Of a DNA stretch of 64,000 nucleotides, positions 49,379 through 61,808 are shown one piece after another (the stretch's first letter is position 1; each line of letters opens with the position of its first letter). The stretch is from Centroscyllium fabricii. Its lineage: Eukaryota. The DNA is taken from the NCBI GenBank assembly GCA_051313645.2, contig JBNRSN020000019.1, positions 38,378,001-38,442,000 of the forward strand, given 5' to 3'. The notes under the pieces were generated by a model. The model ran no database searches. It saw nothing but the letters and a program-made list of their open reading frames with translations, and was not told the DNA's origin. A program made the translations under genes and the position numbers.

Positions 49379-50891
49379 TACTCAAGGCAGCTTCTGTTAC
49401 TCTCACCATGTTAACTGCGCATCCTGATTGGCAAACACCATGCGCTTCCATAGCTCATAGCTCCATGATGCCCACTATTCCAGGAAGTTCTGTGTGTAGG
49501 GGGTGGCCTTGTGGGGCTGCCAATTGCCTCTGAGTGCCTTCAGCGCTCGCGCATGCTCCCAGGCCCGAGGCACCACGCAGTACAGTAATGGTCATTTTTC
49601 CATCCATCACATGCAATGGTTTAGAGCTTAGCAGCTGCAAAGCTGGTTTAAGGCCAAGGAGCAGCATCACATGCAATAATGTACACAGAAACATTAAACA
49701 TTCCCACTCTAACATAACGTTTAATCAGGAAATAAAACAACCATGGCCAAAGGAATGGTTGGTGGAGCGAAGACCAGCACCTATCAATCAGTCCATTCAT
49801 TTGGTCCCAGCCATCAGACCTAGCTACATGCAGCTTGGAAAGGTCACATATTGATTCTGAGCAATGGAGAAGTTCAGCCAGTCCAGTTTTGAAATAGCAA
49901 TTTCATTTCCATTGTCCCTCAAGGTCTACCACTCTCACGTGGTGCCCCTCCCTTTTCAACTGCGCCAGACATTCACAGCTAACATCTGCTTCTGCTGTGG
50001 GGGTCTCACGGACTTCGTGGTTTTAGTAAAGCGGTTCCAAGTTGCTGAAGCTACTGACGTCATCACTTTGAAGCAAGAGAACTGTGGGGTGATCCTGCGT
50101 TGGTTGCGACATGTACCGTCGAATAATGGGAGTGCTGTCCAGGTTTTTCCTGCGAGTTGCATTGCTATGCCTAAAGATTTCCTGGAGGTGTTTCAGGGCT
50201 GCTCATCCCAACATCCATGAGGAAATATGGGAGATGGTGACCACAACTTTTTGGTGGGCCTGGAGACGCCTGGTTATGCCTGATTTCTGAGACGCTAGGC
50301 ATGCTGGCACCATGGCTCATTCGCCATGTGCCTCAGGGTGATGTGCTGTGGGGGGCCAGCTGCCAGAAGAAAATGTTGGCTGCGTGGGAACTTTGCCCAG
50401 TTGGCACATTTATTCGTTGCCCACCTCCATCCAGATGCAGTTCCGTTATGTTAAGCGTTCACCCCTGAGGATTGTTTTATGTTCATCGTTATTCGTCATG
50501 ATTTTTGTTCAGTCTCCATTCTGTTGGTTCTGATGCTTGGATGGTTTGCAGCATCATCGTTGTGCTCGCTGGTGTGTCCGTGCCTGCAGGTAAGTCACAT
50601 TCAATGACCTTCACCCTTCACCATGGACCTCCTGTCTGTTATTGACCCTCATGCGTCTTGCTGTAAGTCCTTCTGGCAGCTTGCGTCTGCATCATTGCAT
50701 ATCTGTGAGGGCTGACCGAATGTTGAACAGCCTGCATAAGGCTTCAATGTGGAATGACCAGTGGCTCAGTTGCAGACGTGACAAGTCCAGGATGTCCCAT
50801 GCCCCTTCGTGCACGCTGCTTAAAAGCTTGGATGGCCTTATTTAACTATTTCTCTATCACCCAAGTGACTCCCCTTGTGCCTAATAGTGTT

Positions 50892-52870
50892 TTATTTTTC
50901 TCTTACGTGAGCTTCTATGTGGTGTTGTCCCTGTGGTGTCAGCAGATGTGGAGGCCCCCTGCTCAGTTCCCTGCTGCTCCTGTGTCGACACCTTTGGCGG
51001 GCGTCCTCTGGGGTGGCGAGTCTATGAGGACTCGCCACCAGTCTGCTGCTCCTGCGGCTGGGCAGGGATGAGACTTCCATCTCAGGTGGGTTGGGACTCC
51101 GGCGGGCCTCTGACCGAGGGCTCTGCAGTGGCATGGAGGTGGGAGCGCTTGGAGAGGAGCCCCCACTTCCTGCAAGAGTGCCACCTACCTCGCTCTCATG
51201 GGTGAGCTCCCCCTCAGTGCCTGCAAGTGGCTGGACAGCACCTTGCTGCATATCAGGGGGGCCATGGGGACCCGTATCTGCACTGGATCTCCTTCTGGGA
51301 AGGACATCCATGAAGGTCTGGTTCGGGCGTTCACTAGATGGCCATCGCTCCTCAAGAGATGTCAGTCTATTGTGAACACTCACCATGTTTTCCACACACT
51401 GGCGACTTATCTGCTCCATAGCTGTTGCCATCCTCTCCTCCACTGTCGCTATCCTGTCCATGGAGGTTGCCATCCTTGCCATGGTGATGCGGTCATGCGC
51501 CACTGACTCCAAAAAGGCTCTGCTCATGCTCGCTACGGACTCCTCCATTCGCTTCACACTCGCAGCTACCTCTGAGACAAAACCTGCCAGACACGCCTGC
51601 ATCTCTGTCTGGAGTCCCATCAGCTGTACTCTGCTGGATGGATCCAGAGGCACAGGGTCCACATGCAGCTGAGCTAAGCTGGCAGAGTCCTGCGCCCTCC
51701 GACTAGGACTCTGCAATGCTGTCCCTGTCTCCACAATCTGCTGAGGTTCACTTGTGGTTTGTGAATCACCCAGTGACAATCCTAAGCTATGTCCCGAGGG
51801 TCCCACTGAGGTGCGAGTATCTGCGCTGGTGCTGGGTGGCATCAGTGCTGCTGACGCTGCGCCCTCAGAGGTGGGAGCTTCCTCTAAGGGTTGTACGTGG
51901 CCCGGCTCTTCAGCAGAAGCACTGGCCAGGTGCTTTGCCGATGGTCCTGTGGGGCAGTAAAGGAAGAAGTTCGACATATGTTACCAAGGTTACATTCACA
52001 TAGCATTCAGCAGATGAGCAGAAGTCCATCTGAAGTGCTTTTATATTCATTGTGGCAGACTCGTGTGATAGCTATGAGAGAGAGATGAACCAATCTGTCA
52101 CCAGCTTCCGAAGCCGAGCCTGCCTCTCCCTCGCCCACTCCCGACGCTTCTCCATCTCCCACGATCTCCATCACTCCCTCCTCCCAGGTGGTCAGCTGCA
52201 TGATGGAGGGGGGGGGCCTCATCCAGTCCTGGCTCTCTCGCGCTTGTTGGCGGCTGTCTTTTCCTGCAATGAGGGAGAGAAGTGGAGGTTGAGTGAGAAG
52301 GAAGGAGTTTGTGCAGCGAGTGAACAGCAAAGATAGTTGGAGGGAGAGAAAGATGGAGTAAGGCTGCAAGACCAAAGGCTCTCCCAGTATGCTGTCAGGT
52401 GTGCTGCAAGCATCAGAGTGAGAGGGAGATTGAGGGCTGCATGGTCGAAAAAGACTGTGATTGTGAACATAGAGAGAGAGGGAATGGGTAAGGGTGCTTG
52501 GAGGTGATAGTGAAGTGTGATGTGGAGGAAGGGAGTGGTGAAGCTAAGTGCTGGTGAGGAAAGGTGAGGGGGATCAGATTGAGGGGGATGGAAAATTAAT
52601 ACTTACTTTAGCAGTGCGGTGAAGGTCATGGATTCTCTTCCTGCACTGGAGCCAGGACCGTGGTCTTGTTCCCAATGTGCTCACCCCCTCAGCCACCTGC
52701 AGCCAAGCAGCCTTGGTCTGGGAGGGAGGTCTCTTCCTCCCTGAGGAGGGGAAGAGAACCTCCCTGTGGGTCCTAGCTCCCTCGACTAAGGCATCCAAGG
52801 ACGCCTCATCAAATTTGGGGGCGGGTCGCCCCCGGACGCTGCCCGAAGCACCATCCTCCCGCTTTGACAT
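50892..52870 (-). pseudogene. Harbinger Myb/SANT-like DNA-binding gene, 3 exons (52607-52870, 52102-52263, 50892-51946), exon 2 disrupted
   Basis: APKFDEASLDALVE...W..VAE.V......RSWLQCRKRIHDL; GT-AG sites are conserved in the two other copies; exon 3 is open for about 350 codons with a heptad-like segment. Confidence 0.85.
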
Positions 52871-54007
52871 TTTGCTGGGCGTGAGCAGAATGCTGAGGAG
52901 TGCAGGAGGCGAGCTGTGTTCATTAAAAGAAACGGAAATGCTGACGTCATACTGTGCGACTTTCTGACTGGAAATCCCCCCCCCCCCCCCCCCTCCGTTA
53001 ACTCTGTTTCTCTCCAGAATTTTCTGTTTATATTTCAGATTACCAGCATATTTTGCTTTAGGTACGCCATACAGTTACTCAGTGAGTAGACTTACTAACT
53101 AGGTACTCCATGCGGTTATAAAGTGAGTAGACTTACTAACTAGGTACTCCATACAGTTACTCAGTGAGTAACTTTTTGACTACTGACTAAACAATAGATC
53201 TCTCCATTTAGTAAAACAACCTTGTAACTATTTGTGCCTTTTCTCCTTTTTTTCTGTCCATAAAGACAGGTCTCCAGAAATTTCACTCTTACGGGGCAGA
53301 ATGTGGGCATTGTATCAGCGGAGGGGCTGGAAATTGGGGCGGGTGTTGTCTCATCTGGGTATTCACTGCAACATGAAATTCTAACAAGGGATGGGCAGCT
53401 GCTTCTTCAGAGGTTCTGGGATTCCCAAGAAATCCTGACATTTACATCATCACTGCAGCCAATGGTACATACACCTGCCGAAGGCTTGTATACGTGCTGC
53501 TGCGTGCCACATGTGGGTCCCACTGAGGAATTAAAATGGCAATCGATCCTATTTGAATCTGGGCCCACCAGTGAGGAAGCAACTACAAAATATATTTGTG
53601 AAGTTCTTCACCTTTGGCCAGACTGCATTGTGCCCCTCCCCTTCAAAGCCACGGTGGCCCACCACGTGCATTGGATGGTTGCCTATGTGGCGCTGCTACT
53701 GGCATGGCACCTGCCTTTAATATATTCATGGCCCTATCACCAAGATTTGGGACAGGGTCATAGCAGGGAAAAAGCAGCAGGTGAAAGTTCCACCCCACTG
53801 CACTTCCATCAGTGTAATAGCCCTGCCAGAATTTCTACCTAAGAAAGTGCAAATGAACAGGAAAATGTTCTCTTTTACTTCCCATTGCAACATCAGATAT
53901 TCCTACTTGTCTAAACGCATTGCAAAGTTACTTCTAAATTATTCATCCCCCTGATCCTTCGTCTTCATACACTATTAATCTAACATTTCAGTTCATTCCT
54001 TACTCAA

Positions 54008-54420
54008 TGGGGGGGATTTTCGGAGGGCCGTGAGGGCGTGTTTCCGGCGGGGGGTAAAATCGCAATTCCGGTGGGCGGGAAGCCACCCCACCGGATCCCC
54101 GCCCATTTGCGATTTTCCTCGGGCGGGTTTTGCCGCCCTGAATGTTTCCCGCCGGCCGCCGGCGGGGATGCAGAATGAGCTCATTGAGGGCCCTTAATTG
54201 GATGGGTAATCCTATTTTAAGGGCCCTCAGCTATTTTAACCCTCTTCCCACCCAAAACCCGCGTGGTGGGAACCGCGCTGTTGAAAGGTGGTGGGCATCC
54301 AATCGGCTGGGTGACTGCCACCTTCAAGGCATGGGCACAGTAGGCACACAGCAGCTTGCTAGTCTCCACCATGCTGGAGGTGCAGCTGCCGCCCAAGGGT
54401 GATAAATGCAGTGCCCCAAA
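54008..54420 (+). mobile_element. Harbinger terminal fragment / MITE resembling 47434-47720
   Basis: gggggggatttt start; shared gggcccttaattg and cccacccaaa blocks. Confidence 0.55.
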
Positions 54421-55566
54421 AAACTTAAATCACTTACCTTCTTCTGCGTCCCTGCCATTCATAGACATCGTGCTGCGGGCTGTGTCTGTGTGAGCCAAGC
54501 TGTCAATCACCCAGGGGATCAGTTTCTATTTACATTCCATTGAAACCACAAACAAACAGTGAGTCACTTGAAGTGTTTGCTTTGTGGTTTCAATGTGTAC
54601 TTTAGGCTTTGACAGTTCAATGCTGTGTCAACATTGAAAGAAAGGAACCACTTGAGAACTGTCAATCGGGCTTAGTGGTTTCTTACTGAAACTCTTCAGG
54701 CCTGTCAATCAACAGCCCATCCCCACTCAATCTGTCAATGGACTGCGCAGCCTTCCACTCTCAAAAGTGTGTATTGGAAACCGAGCAGACCGATGGGGAT
54801 TTAATTGGCCACTTGAGGCAAAATCGTTCGGGCCTCCCAGGTCCTTGGGCGGGCGGGACAGAAAGCTGACCCGCCCAAAACCAGACAGCTTCCCACACCT
54901 TTGTAATAATCGCACCCACCCCCCCCCGCCATTGTGTACCAACTCTAAAATCAATATTGCCAAATTAGAAGTGATTTTACCATGATCCACATGTTTGTGG
55001 CTATGATTGTCTATAGCCAGCTAACAGAAAACAATTGCTTTCCCCATAAAGAAATACAGGGTGGCTTATTGGGTGATCCCTAATAAGCTGGCCTGGCTCC
55101 CTAGTACAAGATCAGCTCACACCAGGATAATTTGATGATGCTCCTAGACAGTGACACAGGCCAGGAGGCAAGATTTCCTGCACCAGCAGTATGTAAACAG
55201 TTGCTGGTTCCTATGTCTTTGAAGGACGCTTTAAAGGGAAAGAGGTGAAGGAAACCAGTGTCCAAAGAAAATCAGCCCTTTAAGGCCCAATCGTCAACAT
55301 TTGTTATAGGTGCAGAGCAGCTGAAGCACAGCCTATGATGTTTTATAGTGCTTGGACCTCATTCAAATGAGTTCCAGGCCCTTAAAGAGTCTTGCATACA
55401 TTTGAGTGCCAGCATCATGGCAGTTGCATTGGGGATCATTAAATGCCTCAGTCACAGAGTAGACCTCAGGTCGCCACATTCAATAACATGTGGAGCTGCC
55501 ACTTAATGTACATCAGTGCAATGGGCACCTAACATTTCATTATATACCCCAGAGAATCAGACACCT

Positions 55567-56478
55567 TGGGGTAAATTTTCCCTCAGGTGTGGGGAATTGG
55601 CGGGTTTCCAGCGGGTCAGGTTTCTCACACGAATACTAAAGGGCCTGGGAGCCCCACGCAATTTTGGCTCAATTGGCCAATTGATTGCCCGCATGTGGGA
55701 ACCCTTGCCAATTGACTATTTCAAGTCTGAAAGTCGGCGGGACTGGGATAGTGCCGGCTGCTTAAAGACTAGAGCCCCGTTTCAATGAGAGGCGCAGCAG
55801 AGCTCTCTCACCGACAGCTGCTGGTCAGTTTCAATGAGAGGTGCAGCAGAGCTCTCTCACTGACAGCTGCTGGTCAGTTTCAATGAGAGGCGCAGCAGAG
55901 CTCTCTCATTGACAGCTGCTGGTCAGTTTCAATGAGAGGCGCTGCAGAGCTCTCTTGCTGACAGCTGCTGTCAGTTTCACTGAGAAGTGCGCAGAACTCT
56001 CTCACAAACATGAAAAAGAGCTACAAGGTGAGTTTATGAAAACCTATATTCTCACTGATATTGTACACCCTGGGGACACAGTTTGCCCTCCTGCAGGCTG
56101 CTGCCCAGGGCCGACTTCTGGTACAGCTGATTGCATGTCATCCTTTGACTTGCAGCTGTTTATCAGCAAGCCGATTGTGTCCCCACCAGGTTTCACCGGT
56201 GGGGTTTCCAGCTGGTGGGTTATGGGTGGGGAATGCCTAAAAATAGCAAGGGCTCCTTAAAATGGCATTATACATGCCAATTAAGGGTGCTTAAGGAGCC
56301 TAACGACCATTCCCGCCGGTCGCGGGCGGAAAAGATTCGGGGCGGACAGACACGGCCACAGGAAATCAGAAAGCGGCGGGGATCCGGGGAGGGGGAGGGG
56401 GCGGGACCCCCCGGTTTTGCAATTTTCCGCCCTGCCCCGCCGGAAAACCCGCCTCACAGCCCAAGGAAAATTGACCTC
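55567..56478 (+). mobile_element. Non-autonomous Harbinger derivative
   Basis: About the first 170 bp are the reverse complement of the Harbinger end at about 1355-1523; TIRs ggggtaaattttcc / ggaaaattgacctc. Confidence 0.8.
55780..56006. repeat. 49-bp tandem repeat (4 copies plus a partial)
   Basis: Unit tttcaatgagaggcgcagcagagctctctcaYYgacagctgctggtcag. Confidence 0.9.
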
Positions 56479-57529
56479 CTTGAATCCTGTTCCATGATCC
56501 TTCTGATGGACAGATGCTGGCAGTGTCCTGGGAGTAGGTCTCAAGCATATCCTCTTTGCTTGGGACATGGGTAGACTCAAATGAGTAGGAGAGAACATAA
56601 GAGACAATCCATCAAAGACACAATTTATATAAATTAAGAACAAACTTGGGCCAAATTTGTTGAACATTCAATGCTGTAGACCAATATTCTTTAGGAACAG
56701 GATTGAAGCTGCCCAAAGTCAAGCTCATTAATACTCAATGAAGAGAGGTGACTCTCACCTTCTCAGTCTGGGCTAGGTACAAATCCAAGGTTACTGAGCA
56801 GTTATCTAATCTACGGCATTACGCAGTTCTGTTGCAGATTGCATTTACAAGATACACAGCTGTGTGTCAGTGAAACTCATTACACATATTAATTGAGATT
56901 GTCAGAGTTCAATTTACTTTTAAGACCCAATTTTGTAATCTGGACTGTGGTGTTCTCTTACCACAATAGCAAATTCAACTACAAGCCCATGTATTCAAGC
57001 TAAGTTCACTATTTCAGAATCATCTATTATTGATACTTGTAGCTGAGGCCTCAGATAAATCAAAATAGACCATGTTAGATCTCTGAAAGAATTGAAAATG
57101 AAAAGCCAACTCAAGATACATAACACTGATTGCAATGTGTGCAGGTTTCACTTTACTCCTCTCCAATGTTGGCAGTATATCTCCCACCATTACAGTTAAA
57201 ATATGCAATAACATTGGAGTTGATGAGGTTTATTTCTATTTGTAACTGTTAACCAAGCTAGACTTGCAGTGTGGAGGACAATTTATTACTGCCAGTTTGA
57301 GCTGTGTTTGCACCCAGATTCAGAAGTGCATGGCCACAGACCACGATTCATAGTGGTTTCTAATCTTTTAGAAAATGTAGAAGCGAGGGTAGATTCATTT
57401 AGGTATAAATTCTTATGCTTGTACAAAACAGTATTCGGTGGCCCTTGTACAGTGTTACCCACAAATAAGCCCTTGCCTCAATGTGTTATTCCCAAACACC
57501 CTGGGCTCTTCGAAATATCGGGAGTTGTT

Positions 57530-58940
57530 TCATAGAAACATAGAAAATAGGTGCAGGAGTAGATCATTCGGCCCTTCGAGCCTGTACCGCCATTCAATAC
57601 GTTCATGGCTGAACATGCTACATCAGTACCCCATTCCTGCTTTCTCGCCATATCCCTTGATCCCCCTATTTCTAAGTATTACATCTAACTCCCTTTTGAA
57701 TATATTTAGTGAACTGGCCTCAACAACTTTCTGTGGTAGAGAAGTCCACAGGATCACCACTCTCTGGGTGAAGAAGTTTCTCCTCATATCGGTCCTAAAT
57801 GGCTTACCCCTTATCCTTAGTCTGTGCCCCCTGGTTCTGGACTTCCTCAACATTGGGAACATTCTGCCCGCATCTAACCTGTCTAAACCGGTCAGTATTT
57901 TAAATGTTTCTATGAGATTCCCCCCTCATTCTTCTGAACTCCAGAGAGTACAAGTTCAGTTGATCCAGTCTTTCTTGATATGTCAGTCCAGCCATCCCGG
58001 GAATCAATCTAGTAAACCTTCGCTGCACTCCCTCAATAGCCAGAATGTCCTTCCTCAAGTTAGGAGACCAAAACTGCACACAATACTCCAAGTGTGGCCT
58101 CACCAAGGCCCTGTACAACTGTAGCAACACCTCCCTTCTCCTGTACTCAAATCCCCTCGCTATGAAGGTCAACATGCCATTTGCTTTCTTATCTGCCTGC
58201 TGTACCTGCATTTCCACCTTCAGTGACTGATGTACCATGACGCCAGGTCTCGTTGCACCTCCCCTTTCCCTAATCTGTCACCATTCAGATAATAGTCTGT
58301 CTTTCTATTTTTACCACCAAAGTGGATCACCTCACATTTATCCACATTGTACTTCATCTGCCATACATTTGCCCATTCACCTAACCTGTCCAAGTCACTC
58401 TGTAGCCTCTTAGCATCATCCTTGCAGCTCACACTGCCTCCCAATTTAGTGTCATCCGCAAATTTGGAGATACAACATTTAATCCCTTCGTCCAAATCAT
58501 TAATATATAATGTAAACAGCTGGGGCCCCAGCACCGAACCTTGCGGTACCCCGCTGGTCACTGCCTGCCATTCTGAAAACTGCCCATTTACTCCTACCCT
58601 TTGTTTCCTGTGTGCCAACCAATTCTCAATCCACGTCAATGATGCACAATCAATTACAGACAGTCGATGGTTTGATGCAACTGAGGCTTTTGTTAGCTTA
58701 GAACTGTTACTACAGGTCTAGGCGATCTTCAAGGTTAAAGTGAAAGCGAAATAGTGTGCAGATTTATGCCCAGGTACTTGGGTGGAGCCTGGAAGGGAAG
58801 CTGAGAAGCTGAGTCCTCCCAGACAAGAAGTTACAAACTATATACAGGCACTGTAATTACAAGGAGGAGACACAAGGGGGAGACATTATACAATATATAC
58901 AATATGGTGGTTTACCACAGTCAACACATTTCCCCCAATG
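57530..58940 (-). mobile_element. 5'-truncated CR1 LINE (RT 3' part), interrupted by a solo LTR
   Basis: WIENWL, GVPQGSVLGP, FADD, VRPHLEYCVQFWSP; (tttctatg)n tail. Confidence 0.92.
58640..58919 (-). mobile_element. Solo LTR, divergent relative of the Gypsy C LTR family
   Basis: 5-bp TSD GTCAA; on the minus strand starts tgtggtaaa and ends aattgattgtgcatca. Confidence 0.85.
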
Positions 58941-61137
58941 TGTTTCCCACCCTATGAGCTGCCACCTGCACTACTGAGCTGCTCTACAACTTGCTGGCTT
59001 GTCCTCAATCATGCCGAGTTGTCTTCAACCTGGCCCTTTAGTCCCACTGAAATACCCATGGATTTCAGTGACTTGCCTCTCATTTTGCTCAGCTATTTCC
59101 CTTCTCAATGACTTGCTTTCTATCCTGTTGAAACGCCTTCTACACCACGGACCTGCCTCCCATCTACCCATAGACCTTCTCTAATCCCACAAAACTACCT
59201 CTAGCCCCACTATGTTGTTTCTGAATCATTTCACACAGCATGGACTCGAGCGCGAGCGGCGGCGGCATAAAGGGAGCGGAGAGAAGGCCCAGAACACAGT
59301 GTGGATCTGAGCACGAGTGGCGGCAGCAGAGGCGGCTTTAGGGGAGCTAAAATGAGACTTAAAAAAACAAAACAAAAGGAGTGACGTCACAGGAGAGCAG
59401 GTAGGTGATTTGTTGGTGAGTGTTACAGTTCTTTTGCTCTCCAGGTTAGCTAAGTGGATTAAAATCAGGACTGGGAGAGTATTAACTACTATAACTTTAT
59501 TGAATTAATAATTTAAACTAAATTAACTAATTAAAACTAAAAATTAAAAGTAAAAATAATAATTTGAAGGAGGCGGAGTATAAATAGAGCGGGAGGCCCA
59601 GAGAGAGCCCAGACCGGAGCAGCGGCGGCAGCGAGGAGGCGGAGTACCTCCAGCAAAAACAGCAACAACAAAAGCAACAACTGCAAAACCGCTAAAGTGA
59701 CGTCACAACCAGAGAATGAGCTGATTGGTGAGTAGCTGGTAAATGTTTCAAGTTAATAGTCTATTCAGTAAATGTATGGCAGGGCAGCTCAGTCCCGTGG
59801 AATGCACATCTTCTGCCATGTGTAGACTCCAGAATGCTTCCTGTATCCTGGATAACCACGTGTGCAGGAAGTGTCATCAGAAGAAGGAGCTCGAGCTCCG
59901 GGTTTTGGAGCTTGAGTAGCAGCTGGCACCACTGCGGTGCACCCGTGAGGCTGAGAGCTTCGTGGATGGCACGTTTCAGGAGGTGGTCACCCCGCACCTT
60001 AAGGGTGAGCTAGCTGAAAGGGAATGGGTGACCACCAGACAGAAGAGGAGAACCAGGCAGATAGTGCAGGAGTCCATTGAGTGCATCTCACTCTCTAACC
60101 AGTTTTTGGTTTTGAGTACTAGTGAGGGTGATGGTTCTTCTGGGGAGTATACCTAGAGCCAAGTTTGCAGCACCACATGTGGCTCAGCTGTACAGGAGGG
60201 GGGGAAGAAGAGTGGGAGAGCAATAGTGGTAGGGGATTCGAGAGTTAGGGGAGCAGACAGGTGTTTCTGCGGCCACAGACGTGACTCCAGGATGGTATGT
60301 TGCCTCCCTGGTGCCAGGATCAAGGATATCACCGAGCGGCTGCAGAACATTCTGAGGTGGGAGGGTGAACAGCCAAAGGTCGTTGTCCATATTAGTACCA
60401 ACGACATAGGTAGAAAGAGGGATGAGGTCCTGCAGGCAGATTTCAGGGAGCTAGGAAAGCAATTAAAAAGCAGGACCTCAAAGGTAGTAATCTCCAGATT
60501 ACTCTCAGTGCCACATGCTAGTGAGTATAGAAATAGGACGATAGCACAGTTGAATGTGTGGCTGGAGAGATGGTGTAGCAGGGAGGGTTTTAGATTTCTG
60601 GGGCATTGGGACCGGTTCTGGGGGAGGTGAACCTGTACGGGCTGGACGGGTTGCACCTCAACAGGGCCGGAACCAATATCCTCGCGGGGAGGTTTGCTAG
60701 TGCTGTTGGGGAGGGTTTAAACTAATTTGGCTGGGGAATGGGTAGTGGGGAAAATGCTAGAGTCCATGATAAAAGATATAATAGCAGAGCACTTGGAAAC
60801 CAGTGACCTGATCGGACAAAGTCAACATGGATTTACAAAAGGTAAATTGTGCTTGACTAATCTACAGGAATTTTTTGAGGATGTAACTGGTAAAATAGAT
60901 AAGGGAGAACTAGTGGATGTGGTGTATTTGGACTTTCAGAAGGTTTTCAATAAGGTCCCGCATAAGAGCGTGCAAAATTAAGGTACATGGGATTGGGGGC
61001 AAGGTATTGACTTGGATAGAGAACTGGTTGGCAGACAGAAAGCAAAGAGTTGGAATAAGCGGGCCTTTTTCCGAGTGGCAAGCAGTGACTAGTGGGGTAC
61101 CGCAGGAATCGGTGCTAGGACCCCAGCTATTCACAAT

Positions 61138-61768
61138 GGGCCAGAAATTAGGCTCCCAACGTGCGAGTACGCGCTGGGTACTCATGCGTGGGCCCATCGG
61201 AATTGCCGGTTTCCAGCATGCACCGTGCATGCGCGTGAAACCAGCACTTCCGATCCTCTGAAAGAAGGGGTCAGGGGACGGAACGCGTTTGCGTGCGCGG
61301 CAGTGGGTGCGCAATGGAATTCCGATTTTTTTTACAGCTTTTTATCTGGGTAAGTGTTTGTAAAAGTTACATCTCCTATTTTCATGCGCAAAGAGTGGTT
61401 TTCAGCAGGTATGTTGTGATTTAATTCAATTTAAACATTTTTTTCCACAGGTTTTTCATTTTTAAATACTTTAAAGAAAGGTAAGTTGATTTTTCGCCCC
61501 GTTAAATACTTTAAATATTTTTTTCAAAATTTTTAACTTTTGTTTAAAATAGTTAATTTGTGTAATTGATAGTTATTTTAAAAAATTAGATTAAAAAAAA
61601 ATTATTTTAAGATTTAGTGATGTTTTGGGGTTGTACTATTCATAAGTTTGACAGGTCTTCCTGTCACACTTATGTATGGAGCATCTCGCACTATCTTCGC
61701 CGCTCAGATGCAGCAGCACAGCGCGCCGGCACTTCAGGAGGGAAGCCTCCAACCCGAATTTCTGGGCC
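61138..61768 (+). mobile_element. MITE (gggccagaaatt TIR) inserted in CR1 RT
   Basis: Inverted termini; AAT TSD; removal restores QLFTIYIND. Confidence 0.88.
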
Positions 61769-61808
61769 AATATATATTAATGATCTAGACATGGGAACTA
61801 GATGTACT

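Larger units (their letters stand above)
47434..52976. mobile_element. PIF/Harbinger transposon with convergent transposase (+) and Myb/SANT (-) genes; right terminus replaced by a C-run
   Basis: Left end gggggaaattt; the two-gene architecture typical of Harbinger; flanks rejoin into a Penelope-type tail (gaaatgtt | aactctgtttctctc). Confidence 0.9.

Noticed and set aside
53303-53842. 179-aa ORF as a host exon
   Set aside because: No recognisable domain, on the opposite strand to the host gene, and lying in degenerate MITE-like sequence.
55780-56006. 49-bp palindromic repeats as a CRISPR array
   Set aside because: Head-to-tail tandem units without spacers, inside a MITE.
59776-61137. Internally deleted single CR1 (ORF1 fused to RT)
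   Set aside because: Better explained as a nested insertion, because the host element resumes at 63490 after a 7-bp duplication.
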